From an uncultured Gammaproteobacteria bacterium (GTDB taxonomy: Bacteria > Patescibacteriota > Patescibacteriia > Patescibacteriales > UBA12465), in assembly GCA_964431625.1 (NCBI GenBank), contig CAYSJT010000002.1, forward strand, positions 1 to 36,085: a DNA stretch of 36,085 nucleotides. Direction: 5' to 3'. The translations under genes were made by a program, and so were the position numbers. Shown piece by piece: positions 8,264 through 16,877 of this stretch (the first letter of the stretch is position 1; every line of letters starts with the position of its first letter). The notes under the pieces were generated by a model. It saw only the letters and a list, made by a program, of their open reading frames with translations, was not told where the DNA came from and did not search any database.

Positions 8264-8300
8264 ATAAGTCCACGTTTTCTTGGACTTATCTTTTTATTTT
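8264..8300 (+). terminator. Second terminator-like hairpin in the tRNA-Ala / trxB spacer
   Basis: ATAAGTCCA (8264-8272), 8-nt loop, TGGACTTAT (8281-8289), then CTTTTTATTTT. Confidence 0.5.
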
Positions 8301-8395
8301 AGCTAGTTTTAAATAAGTTATTATAATAGTAAAATTTGTGGAAAAACTGTTGTTATGTAGACATTTTAGCAAGATTATTAGGCAAATCTCGTTAT

Positions 8396-8424
8396 TTGAT
8401 TTTACTTAAAAAAGAAACTATAAT
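8396..8424 (+). promoter_or_regulatory. Candidate promoter for trxB
   Basis: TTGATT (8396-8401), 17 nt, TATAAT (8419-8424). Confidence 0.45.
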
Positions 8425-8477
8425 TAATATACGATTAATTAATTGTCGTCCTGTCGGGATGGCATTTTTATAAAAAT

Positions 8478-9401
8478 ATGTACGACACCATTATTATTGG
8501 CTCTGGGCCAGCCGGCATGACCGCGGGTATTTTTGCGGCCAGAAGGGAAATGAAGACTTTGATTATTGGTAAAGAGGCTGGCGGGCAGCTGGTTTGGGCA
8601 AGTGAAATAGAAAATTATCCCGGCTTTTCAAATATTACTAGCTTAGAGCTAATCCAGCGCATGAAAGAACAAACAGAAAAGTCAGGCGCAGAAATAAAAT
8701 ATGACGAAGTTAAGGCTATAAAACAGAATAATGACGGTAGTTTTACTCTAGCGACCGTAAGGGAAACTTATCAAACAAAAACAATTATTGTAGCTATGGG
8801 GCTGTCTCCAAGGCGTCTGGAAGTGCCAGGAGAAGTCGAATTTAACGGCAAAGGCGTTTCTTATTGCGCTAATTGCGACGGGCCTTTCTATAGGGGCAAG
8901 AAGGTGGCGGTAATTGGCGGAGGGAATTCCGCCCTGGATGCGGCCGAGGTAATGTCTAAAATAGCCAGCCAGGTTTATCTGATCCATCGTCGCGATTCTT
9001 TTAAGGCTTTTGAGGATTTAATCAAAGAAGTTGAAGCCAGGGACAATATCAATATTCGGTTTAACACCGAAACCAAGGGGATAGAGGGCAGTGGAAAAGT
9101 GGAAAAGATCAGGGTCTTTGATCATAGTTTACAAAAAGAAGAAGAAATTGAGGTAAATGGAGTTTTTGTGGAGGTCGGTCGCATTGCCAGCACAGATTTA
9201 GTGGCTGATTTTGTAGAAAGAGATGCTAGGAGTCAGATTATTATCAATGAAAGAGCTGAAACCAAGACTCCGGGTGTGTATGCCGCTGGAGATGTTACCA
9301 ATTGCGAGTTTAAACAGATTACGGTAGCCATGGGCCAAGCGACTGTGGCTGCTTTGAGCGCCTATCAGTATTTACAAACAAAGACTCAGCCGGAGGCTTA
9401 G
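8478..9401 (+). CDS. trxB: Thioredoxin-disulfide reductase
   Basis: FAD motif IIIGSGPAGMTAG, redox-active CANC in SYCANCDGPFY, NADPH motif VIGGGNSALDAAE, and C-terminal GVYAAGDV. Confidence 0.9.
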   Translation: MYDTIIIGSGPAGMTAGIFAARREMKTLIIGKEAGGQLVWASEIENYPGFSNITSLELIQRMKEQTEKSGAEIKYDEVKAIKQNNDGSFTLATVRETYQTKTIIVAMGLSPRRLEVPGEVEFNGKGVSYCANCDGPFYRGKKVAVIGGGNSALDAAEVMSKIASQVYLIHRRDSFKAFEDLIKEVEARDNINIRFNTETKGIEGSGKVEKIRVFDHSLQKEEEIEVNGVFVEVGRIASTDLVADFVERDARSQIIINERAETKTPGVYAAGDVTNCEFKQITVAMGQATVAALSAYQYLQTKTQPEA

Positions 9402-9461
9402 TTTTTTGTCTGTATAATATGTCCGTATTTTTTGCTATAATATAATAGCAGATATTTAAAT

Positions 9462-10751
9462 ATGGATAAAAAAATACATCTTGTAGCCGCTGACATGGGA
9501 TACGGCCATCAGCGCGCCGCCTTTCCTTTATTTGATTTGTCCGGCGGGGAGATAATCACGATTAATAACTATCCTGGAATTCCGGAAAAAGAGCGCGATT
9601 ATTGGCTTAAAAGCCTCAAATCATACGAAAAAATATCTCGCTTGAAAAAAGTGCCGCTTTTAGGCAAGGCGGTCTTTTCTTTAATGGATGCTTTTCAGAA
9701 GATAAAGCCTTTTTATCCTTTTCGCGATCTCTCAGCCCAGACTATCCAGCAAAAATTTTTTCGAGAGTCAATCGAGGACGGCCTAGGTCGTACTTTGATT
9801 GAAGAATTAAATAAAGATCCTCTACCTTTTGTGACCACTTTTTTCGTCGCTGCCTATATTGCCGAATACCATGGGTACAAAGGAGAAATATATTGCATTA
9901 TTTGCGATGCGGATGTTTCCCGGGCCTGGGCCCCGCTTTATCCTCAAAACAGCCGGACTAATTTTTTAGCGCCGAATGAAAGAGTAAAAGAAAGACTGGT
10001 CATGTATGGGGTCAAGCAAGAAAAAATATTTATTACCGGCTTTCCTTTGCCAGAAACAAACGTCGGCGAGGACAAAAGTATTATTAAGCAAGATCTGGCC
10101 AAGCGCCTTAGCCAGCTTGATCCATCTGGCAACTATCGGCAGCAGTATCAGGCTTTAATAGAAGATTTAGAAACAGACGATGATTCAAGATTAAGCCTGC
10201 GAGAAAAGAAGGGGGCTTTGAATATTACATTCGCTGTGGGCGGAGCAGGGGCTCAGAAAGAAATCGGCCGCGCTTTATTAGACCGCTTAGCTTCGGGGAT
10301 AAAGTCCGGGGCCTATCATCTTAATTTGGTAGCGGGCAGTCGGCCGGAGGTGAAGGATTATTTCATTGACGCGATCAGAGAATCCGGCCTCTCAGAGGGC
10401 AACGGGGTGGATATATTTTTTTCTCCTGATAAATTTGATTATTTCAGGCTGTTTAATAAGTTGATGAGGCAGACTGACATACTTTGGACTAAGCCATCAG
10501 AACTCTCTTTCTATGCTGGGCTTGGTTTGCCGATAATAATGGCTTCCCCAGTCGGCTCCCAGGAAGACTTTAACCGGGAATGGCTTTTATCAGTTGGCGC
10601 CGGAATTGATAATTTAGATCCGCGCTATGTTGATGAATGGTTGCCTGACATTTTGGAATCCGGCCGCTTAGCCAGGGCGGCTATGGACGGGTTTTTGAAT
10701 GCCGAATCTTTAGGAACTTATAATATTAAAAAATTAATTTTAAAAAATTAA
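9462..10751 (+). CDS. GT-B fold glycosyltransferase-like protein (MGDG-synthase / GT28-like N-terminus)
   Basis: 429 aa. The N-terminal ADMGYGHQRAA resembles the G-x-G-H-x-x-A motif of MGDG-synthase/UgtP-type enzymes. The two-lobe length is typical of GT-B. Family assignment is by eye only. Confidence 0.5.
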   Translation: MDKKIHLVAADMGYGHQRAAFPLFDLSGGEIITINNYPGIPEKERDYWLKSLKSYEKISRLKKVPLLGKAVFSLMDAFQKIKPFYPFRDLSAQTIQQKFFRESIEDGLGRTLIEELNKDPLPFVTTFFVAAYIAEYHGYKGEIYCIICDADVSRAWAPLYPQNSRTNFLAPNERVKERLVMYGVKQEKIFITGFPLPETNVGEDKSIIKQDLAKRLSQLDPSGNYRQQYQALIEDLETDDDSRLSLREKKGALNITFAVGGAGAQKEIGRALLDRLASGIKSGAYHLNLVAGSRPEVKDYFIDAIRESGLSEGNGVDIFFSPDKFDYFRLFNKLMRQTDILWTKPSELSFYAGLGLPIIMASPVGSQEDFNREWLLSVGAGIDNLDPRYVDEWLPDILESGRLARAAMDGFLNAESLGTYNIKKLILKN

Positions 10752-10754
10752 TTT

Positions 10755-11690
10755 ATGTCCTGGGTAGCAGTGGCCTTATCTGCCTATTTTTTGCTAGCTA
10801 TAGCCAATTTATTGGATAAGTTTTTGGTTGATAACGTGATCCGCAATAGCCGCGCCTATGCTTTTGTCGCTTGCTTGCTCAGCGCGTTAGTTTTCTTGGC
10901 CGCGCCCTGGTTTTTGCAATGGCCTGGCTTAGGCCTTTTTCTTTTTAATATCTTGATTGGCGCCATTTTTGCTGTTGCCCTCTGGATGCTATATGAGTCG
11001 TTACGTCGGGGCGAAGCCTCGCGAGTCCTGGTTTTTATCGGCGGTGCCACTCCGGTTTTTTCCGTTCTCTTTTCAACCTTGTTCTTCAAGGAAACATATT
11101 CTTATAGTCAATGGGCAGGCATTGTCACTTTATTGATTGGCATATTCGTCATCGCCTTCTTGCCAGTTGAAAGAAGTTTTCTAGCCAGGGTATCTTCAAA
11201 GCTCGGCTTAACGGGCAAGACGGGCGCCGGCGGGTTGATAGCCGCCCTGATTTCCGCTTTGGCTTATTCCCTTTATTTTGTTCTGAGCAAACAAGCTTAC
11301 CTCTCCCAGCCGTTTTTCAGTGCTTTTATTTGGACGCGCCTAGGCTCGCTTATTTTTGTCTTATTTTTTCTCTTTATAAGGGCCGATCGTTTGGCTATTC
11401 GAAATCTTTTTCAGCGTTCTGGTCCCAAGCGCGGAAAGTTATTGGTTATTTTAAATCAAGGCCTAGGATCCGCCGGTTTTATTTTGCAGAATTATGCAGT
11501 TTTTCTCGGATCAGTCGCCCTGGTCAATGCTCTTCAAGGAGCCCAATATGCATTTCTTTTGGTGATTAGCGCCGGCTTGGCGATCGTCAAACCGAAGCTG
11601 CTCAAAGAAAGCTTTTCTTGGCGCATAATTTTTCAGAAATTGGCTGCAGTCATGGTTATTGGTCTTGGTTTATATTTCATCACCCTATGA
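10755..11690 (+). CDS. EamA/DMT-superfamily-like 10-TM membrane protein
   Basis: 311 aa, about 10 hydrophobic helices arranged as two halves. The stop overlaps the next start (ATGA at 11687-11690). Confidence 0.6.
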   Translation: MSWVAVALSAYFLLAIANLLDKFLVDNVIRNSRAYAFVACLLSALVFLAAPWFLQWPGLGLFLFNILIGAIFAVALWMLYESLRRGEASRVLVFIGGATPVFSVLFSTLFFKETYSYSQWAGIVTLLIGIFVIAFLPVERSFLARVSSKLGLTGKTGAGGLIAALISALAYSLYFVLSKQAYLSQPFFSAFIWTRLGSLIFVLFFLFIRADRLAIRNLFQRSGPKRGKLLVILNQGLGSAGFILQNYAVFLGSVALVNALQGAQYAFLLVISAGLAIVKPKLLKESFSWRIIFQKLAAVMVIGLGLYFITL

Positions 11691-12733
11691 ACATGAAGAA
11701 AAAAGCCCAGAAAGACAAGCAAAGTAAGTTCGGGCGCCACGGCATTGTTTGGACCCTGGTTATATTAGCCCTTTTTTTCTTATTTGCTTGGGCCTTCAAG
11801 TTTGGGCGCCATTATCCATGGAAGATTGATATTGATAATCACAAGCCAGGCTATTTTGGCGTCACTTTTTCTACCAAATTTTGCCAGGAAATGGGGCTTG
11901 ATTGGCGCGAGGTTTTTCGAGCCGCCCTAGACGACCTGTCGGTTAAGCATGTCCGCTTGCCGATATATTGGGATGAGATAGAGAAAGAAGAGGGGAAGTT
12001 CGATTTTTCCACCTATGATTACATAATTGCCGAAGGGGCAAAACGGGACGTGAAGTTCATCGCCAATATTGGCTGGCGCCTGCCTCGCTGGCCGGAGTGC
12101 CATGCTCCAGAATGGGCCAGCCATAAAAGCTTGTCAGCCACTCAAGCCAGGGCGATAAATATGATTAGGGAGGTGGTTAATCATTATAAGGAAGAGCCCG
12201 GTATCGTCGCTTGGCAACTTGAAAATGAGCCTTTTTTTAACGCTTTCGGCGTCTGTCCGCCAAGCGACGACTGGTTTTTTGCTCAGGAACTGGAGGCTTT
12301 GAAAAAGCTTGATTCGCGTCCGGTAATTATTTCTGCTACCGGCGAGCTTAGCGCCTGGTTTAAGGAGGCTAGACTGGCCGATATTTTTGGCACCACCGTA
12401 TATCGGGTCGTTTGGGGGCCGATAGGTTATGTCCGTTATCCCATCCCGGCCTGGTTCTATCGCTTCAAGGCCTGGCTGGTTGGCATTCCTCAAGAAGACC
12501 GCTTGATTATTGAGCTGCAGGCTGAGCCCTGGGTGCCGGCTGGCAGCATCATCTACTTGCCAGAATCGGAAGCGACCAAGTCATTTAATGTCGAGCAGTT
12601 TAAAGCCAATCTTCAATATGCCATAAATGTTGATTTCCGTCAGGCATATCTCTGGGGCGTAGAGTGGTGGTATTGGCAGTATCAGAACGGTAACCCGGAG
12701 TATTGGCAGATAGCCAGGCGAATTTTTGATTAA
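11687..12733 (+). CDS. Membrane-anchored clan GH-A (TIM-barrel, GH5-like) glycoside hydrolase-like protein
   Basis: N-terminal basic segment plus one TM helix. WQLENEPF contains the N-E-P acid/base motif typical of clan GH-A. The start is taken at the ATG that overlaps the preceding stop. Confidence 0.55.
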   Translation: MNMKKKAQKDKQSKFGRHGIVWTLVILALFFLFAWAFKFGRHYPWKIDIDNHKPGYFGVTFSTKFCQEMGLDWREVFRAALDDLSVKHVRLPIYWDEIEKEEGKFDFSTYDYIIAEGAKRDVKFIANIGWRLPRWPECHAPEWASHKSLSATQARAINMIREVVNHYKEEPGIVAWQLENEPFFNAFGVCPPSDDWFFAQELEALKKLDSRPVIISATGELSAWFKEARLADIFGTTVYRVVWGPIGYVRYPIPAWFYRFKAWLVGIPQEDRLIIELQAEPWVPAGSIIYLPESEATKSFNVEQFKANLQYAINVDFRQAYLWGVEWWYWQYQNGNPEYWQIARRIFD

Positions 12734-12734
12734 T

Positions 12735-13439
12735 ATGTTGTCTATCGTCATCCCCACTTTAAATGAAGAAAAGTATTTACCCCAGCTTCTTCAGTCTATT
12801 CAAAGCCAGGAGTTTTCCGATTATGAAATAATAGTTTCCGATGGCGGCTCGCAAGATCGGACTGGCGAAATAGCTAAAAGTTCCGGCTGTCGCTTAGTAT
12901 CTGACTCAGCTCATCGCCACCCGGGCTGGCAAAGAAATATCGGGGCGGCTGCGGCTTTAGGAGACACCCTTCTTTTTTTAGATGCGGATTCTTATTTGCA
13001 GCCGGGATTCCTGGGCGATGTCGTGTCTGAATTCCAATCAAGAGATTTGGCGGTAGCGGGTTTTGCTATTAAGTTTTATCCTAACTCCCCCCTTTATTCT
13101 TTATTCGCCTTGTTTTTCAATGCCTTCCTGAGGTTTCGTCAATATTATTCTCCGAGTGCGGTTGGCGCCGGCCTTTTGGCTAAGAAATCAGCCCATGATC
13201 AAGCCGGCGGATTCGATACGAGCATCATTTTGGTTGAAGATTACGATTATTGTGTCCGTCTCTCCCGTTTTGGAAGATTCCGTATTTTAAAGAGCCGCCG
13301 CCTCCTTTATTCTTCCCGTCGTTTGAAACGTGATGGAGACTGGAATACCTTGGGCCGGTGGCTGAAGATGGGCCTGTATACCATATGCAAGCAGCGGATT
13401 AGGGAGAAAGTAATTAAATATGACTTCGGTAAGTTTTAA
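12735..13439 (+). CDS. Family 2 glycosyltransferase
   Basis: MLSIVIPTLNEEKYLPQLLQSIQSQEFSDYEIIVSDGGSQDRT... and LFLDADS (DxD). This is the classic GT2 N-terminal domain. Confidence 0.85.
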   Translation: MLSIVIPTLNEEKYLPQLLQSIQSQEFSDYEIIVSDGGSQDRTGEIAKSSGCRLVSDSAHRHPGWQRNIGAAAALGDTLLFLDADSYLQPGFLGDVVSEFQSRDLAVAGFAIKFYPNSPLYSLFALFFNAFLRFRQYYSPSAVGAGLLAKKSAHDQAGGFDTSIILVEDYDYCVRLSRFGRFRILKSRRLLYSSRRLKRDGDWNTLGRWLKMGLYTICKQRIREKVIKYDFGKF

Positions 13440-13830
13440 AAGCATTTTTTCCGGTTCAGACGCTTGGTTTAGGCTTCTTTTAGCTGCAGTTTTTCTGTCA
13501 GCTGGAATTTTTCGCATATTTAATCCAGCTGCGGCTAGCCTGGAAATGCAGCTTCTTGGCCTGCCCGTGGCCCTGTCTTGGTTGGTGATGGTGTTAGAAA
13601 TAATTACTGGTATAAGTTTACTGCTTAACTTTAAGACAAGGTTGATTAGTTTGGTTTTAGTTATTTTCGTTCTATTATCGCTTATCTGGGCTATTATTAA
13701 GGACGGTTCCGATATTTTGGCCGGGGCAGGCGAACTTTTTGTTTTTGACCTTAATCCGACAGATTTTTTTCTTCATTTAATTTTCTTGATTATTTTATTT
13801 TTTTTAGCCAATAAAAGTCAAGAAAATTGA
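13420..13830 (+). CDS. DoxX-like small integral membrane protein
   Basis: 136 aa with four hydrophobic helices. The N-terminal FRLLLAAVFLSAGIFRIFNP resembles DoxX family openings. It overlaps the GT2 gene by 20 nt. Confidence 0.5.
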   Translation: MTSVSFKSIFSGSDAWFRLLLAAVFLSAGIFRIFNPAAASLEMQLLGLPVALSWLVMVLEIITGISLLLNFKTRLISLVLVIFVLLSLIWAIIKDGSDILAGAGELFVFDLNPTDFFLHLIFLIILFFLANKSQEN

Positions 13831-13855
13831 TTTTATAAAAAATTTGAGCTATATT
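13827..13855 (+). promoter_or_regulatory. Candidate promoter for the 13884 ORF
   Basis: TTGATT (13827-13832), 17 nt, TATATT (13850-13855). Confidence 0.45.
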
Positions 13856-13883
13856 AGTATATAAGATATTAATTTATAAATTT

Positions 13884-14471
13884 ATGAAGTTCGAAACAAG
13901 CAGCCCTTCGGTTGACCAGAGGCCAGTTGAAGATAACTTGGCCCTAGAGACAGAGAATGAGGTCGATACCGCCGAATTGGCCAATAAACTTCTGCAAAAT
14001 GAACAGGAGGTAGTCAGGCTCACTTCCCTTAATAAAAAGCAGGACGAAGTTATTTATCAAGACACCCTTGATTCAATTAAGGCCGAGTCTGGCGCGCAGG
14101 AAAAGAACGAAGCTGAGGCAAGGAGGGCGCATCGGATAGATTTTACCAAGCGAGCCCTCCAAATGGTGATAGATAATTTACAGAATAAGATAGATAAGAA
14201 GGGTTTGGCCGGATTACTTACACCCAAAAAAGAGTTGGCTGGAGATATTAATGGATTAAAATTTCTGCAAGCTCAAGAGAGGGCGGGTTTCAATGTGGAA
14301 ATGCTTTTTGCCTATCCTTCGGTTGGCAAATTAGCTGATTCCGTTGTTAAGAAAGAGATTATTTCCATGATTAAGTCTGAATTTGACGAGCAGGATCAGC
14401 AAGTTTTTGAGGGTAATGAACAGGTTAGAAATCAGGTTGGTCGTCGGATGAGTAGCATTTCCGCTGGATAG
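13884..14471 (+). CDS. Hypothetical soluble protein, acidic, helical-looking, no domain recognised
   Basis: A 195-codon ORF flanked by its own promoter and terminator. Confidence 0.6.
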   Translation: MKFETSSPSVDQRPVEDNLALETENEVDTAELANKLLQNEQEVVRLTSLNKKQDEVIYQDTLDSIKAESGAQEKNEAEARRAHRIDFTKRALQMVIDNLQNKIDKKGLAGLLTPKKELAGDINGLKFLQAQERAGFNVEMLFAYPSVGKLADSVVKKEIISMIKSEFDEQDQQVFEGNEQVRNQVGRRMSSISAG

Positions 14472-14489
14472 ACATATTCAGCAGATGAT

Positions 14490-14518
14490 AAAAAATTGCC
14501 CCCACAGGGCAATTTTTT
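14490..14518. terminator. Bidirectional hairpin terminator
   Basis: AAAAAATTGCCC, loop CCAC-like, GGGCAATTTTTT. The A-tract and T-tract allow function on both strands. It lies between the 13884 ORF (+) and tRNA-Gly (-). Confidence 0.75.
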
Positions 14519-14523
14519 GTATG

Positions 14524-14596
14524 AGCGGGTAAGCGGAATCGAACCGCCATCTTCAGCTTGGAAGGCTGACATAATAAACCATTATACGATACCCGC
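14524..14596 (-). tRNA. tRNA-Gly (anticodon UCC)
   Basis: Reverse complement: acceptor GCGGGTA/TACCCGC, anticodon stem TCAGC/GCTGA, loop CTTCCAA, T-arm GGCGG-TTCGATT-CCGCT, discriminator U. 73 nt. Confidence 0.88.
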
Positions 14597-14640
14597 AACT
14601 CAGGTATTCTATAGCAAATAATTATTCTGGTCAATGGCTT

Positions 14641-15822
14641 TTAGCGCGTATCTCGGATTGATAGAACCGCGGCCAAGCCGAACAGGACAATGACCGAGAG
14701 GAAAAGAAATAGGAAGGGGAGAGGAAAGAAACTAAGGATTAATATGGCCAGAGCCGGACCGAGGATATAGCCGAGGGGAGCACTGGCTCTAAAAATATTA
14801 ATATGGCTGATGTCCTTGGCGTCTATTATTTTGAAGAAATATGATTCACGCATCGCTTCTATTAAGGCGGCGCCGACACGGCTGGAAAAAAGAACCAGGG
14901 CCCAGAGCCAAACAATCGGTTGTTTAATTAAAAAGAAAGAAAGCAAAGAGAGACTGAGGACAATGAAGCCGCCGGTCAATATTTCTTTCTCCCCAAAGTA
15001 TTTATCTGCCAGGATTCCGGCCGGGATTTCCAGAATAACGAAGGGGACCAGCATTAAGGAGAAGATCGGGCCGAGTTGGGCCCAACTCAATCCAAGGGTT
15101 TGGTGTAGATAAAAGGGGATGTAAACAACGGCTGAGCTGTAGAATATTTGTAGGAGCAGGGAAATAAAGAATATCCCCCGCAGATTGTTATTTTGCCAAG
15201 TTTCAATCAGAGCCGATTTAAGCGTTTTTTGGCTATATCTAGTTTGATCGCGCAGGCGCTTGTTTTGGAATAGGACAATCAGGTATATGGGCAGGACCAA
15301 GCAGGCGGCAATGAAAAATGGCAGGCAATAATCGCCAATAGAAATTAGGTAACTGGATAAGCTGGGGGCAATAATCCAGCCTAAATTAATAAAGGTAAAA
15401 TAGATAGTGCGGATGCGCCCGGTTGCGGCATTGTTAGAATAGTTCTCCAGCATCACATCCATATTTATCCAAATCAGGTTCGCGGCTATGGTGAAGAAAA
15501 CCATTGAGATGAAGGCGCTGATCGGTCCGTTCGCCATGGTGAGTCCGAGCAAGGCAGCAGCATAGACCAGAAGGACGGATTTGGCCACGAAGTAATTCCC
15601 CAGTCTTTTAATGGCTTTAGGGAAGGCCAGAATAAAGATGATAGAAGCCGAGTTGGCGACAATAAAGAAAAGACTAACCATCTTTAGGCTGACAAACTGG
15701 GATAGAAAATTTGATTGGATGTAAGCCGGCAGAGCCGCAGACACCGCCAGAAGTATGGCCAATAAATACAGGACGGCCAATCCAGACCGCCTGGCGCGGC
15801 TAAAGGGCAGGAGTTTTAGCAT
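14641..15822 (-). CDS. MFS transporter
   Basis: 393 aa with about 12 TM helices in a 6+6 arrangement and a central basic loop (NKRLRDQTRYSQK). Confidence 0.7.
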   Translation of the reverse strand: MLKLLPFSRARRSGLAVLYLLAILLAVSAALPAYIQSNFLSQFVSLKMVSLFFIVANSASIIFILAFPKAIKRLGNYFVAKSVLLVYAAALLGLTMANGPISAFISMVFFTIAANLIWINMDVMLENYSNNAATGRIRTIYFTFINLGWIIAPSLSSYLISIGDYCLPFFIAACLVLPIYLIVLFQNKRLRDQTRYSQKTLKSALIETWQNNNLRGIFFISLLLQIFYSSAVVYIPFYLHQTLGLSWAQLGPIFSLMLVPFVILEIPAGILADKYFGEKEILTGGFIVLSLSLLSFFLIKQPIVWLWALVLFSSRVGAALIEAMRESYFFKIIDAKDISHINIFRASAPLGYILGPALAILILSFFPLPFLFLFLSVIVLFGLAAVLSIRDTR

Positions 15823-16621
15823 GTTTTTGAGAAATAATTATTCCGGCTATACCGATTAGGCCTAAGATCAGGCTCATTATTTGGGGCCAGCGCAAACCAA
15901 GAAAATCAGGCGCCGGATCCAGGCGGATAAATTCCAAGCTAAAGCGGAGAAGCGAATATAATATTAGGTAAAGGCAGACAATGAATATGTCGCCGCGTCG
16001 CCCTGATTTTGTTTCATTTTTTTTCCAGCTAACTAGCCAGAGGACGAAGAAAATTATCAGACAGCCCAGGCTTTCATAAAGGAAGGTGGGGTGGAAATAT
16101 TGGGCCGACAGATATCCCAGCGGACGCTCGGTCAGGCTTATCGGTATGCCCCAAGGCAGGCTGGTGGGCCAGCCGAATATTTCCTGGTTGAAATAATTTC
16201 CCCAGCGTCCTATGGCCTGTCCTAAGGCTAAGCCGGGAGTAAATAGGGCGGCTAGCTTAAAAAAGCCAAAGCCCGATTTCTTCCCGGAGAACCAGAGGAC
16301 CAGCAGGCCCGCCAAGATGCCGCCATGTATGGCTAGACCGCCTTTCCAAATCATTAAGGCGCGCCAAGGATTATTGAGATAATATGGCAATTGGAGCAGG
16401 ATGTCATATATTCTGGCGCCTATCAATCCGGCGATTATCAGCCAGAAGGCAGTATCAAATACGATTTCAGGCCTAAGCCCTCTTAATCTCGCCATTTTCA
16501 AGGAAAATAGAAGGGCGGCGGCCATGCCAGATACGACAAAAATCCCGTACCAATAAAGATTGAGCGGGCCCAAAGATAAGGCGATGGCGTGAGGTTGGAA
16601 GGAATGCAGCCAGGCAATCAT
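15800..16621 (-). CDS. lgt: Prolipoprotein diacylglyceryl transferase
   Basis: LNLYWYGIFVVSG, GARIYDIL, WKGGLAIHGGILAG and GQAIGRWGNYFNQEIFG are hallmark Lgt motifs. Confidence 0.9.
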   Translation of the reverse strand: MIAWLHSFQPHAIALSLGPLNLYWYGIFVVSGMAAALLFSLKMARLRGLRPEIVFDTAFWLIIAGLIGARIYDILLQLPYYLNNPWRALMIWKGGLAIHGGILAGLLVLWFSGKKSGFGFFKLAALFTPGLALGQAIGRWGNYFNQEIFGWPTSLPWGIPISLTERPLGYLSAQYFHPTFLYESLGCLIIFFVLWLVSWKKNETKSGRRGDIFIVCLYLILYSLLRFSLEFIRLDPAPDFLGLRWPQIMSLILGLIGIAGIIISQKHAKTPAL

Positions 16622-16672
16622 ATAAATAGAGATTCTTTAATATGATAACATGAAAAACCTGGTCCGGGCAAT

Positions 16673-16700
16673 AAAAATTAGGGCTTTTTAAGCCCTATTT
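16673..16700 (-). terminator. Terminator after tRNA-Leu(UAG)
   Basis: On the minus strand: TAGGGCT, loop TAAAA, AGCCCTA, followed by ATTTTTATT. Confidence 0.55.
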
Positions 16701-16705
16701 ATAAG

Positions 16706-16787
16706 TGCGGACGGAGAGGCTCGAACTCTCATGGGTCGCCCCGCTTGGCCCTAAACCAAGTGCGTCTGCCAGTTTCGCCACGTCCGC
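16706..16787 (-). tRNA. tRNA-Leu (anticodon UAG)
   Basis: Reverse complement: acceptor GCGGACG/CGTCCGC, anticodon stem CTTGG/CCAAG, loop TTTAGGG, long variable arm, T-arm GAGAG-TTCGAGC-CTCTC. 82 nt. Confidence 0.9.
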
Positions 16788-16828
16788 GCAACTTTTATCT
16801 TAAATGATTATTTTTATAAAGTAAAGTA

Positions 16829-16837
16829 TGCTATAAT
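16829..16837 (+). promoter_or_regulatory. Extended -10 element upstream of ppsA
   Basis: TGcTATAAT at 16829-16837. No good -35 is present. Confidence 0.3.
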
Positions 16838-16877
16838 GGAAACATAATTTTTTTCATCATCAAAATTTTTTAAACCT

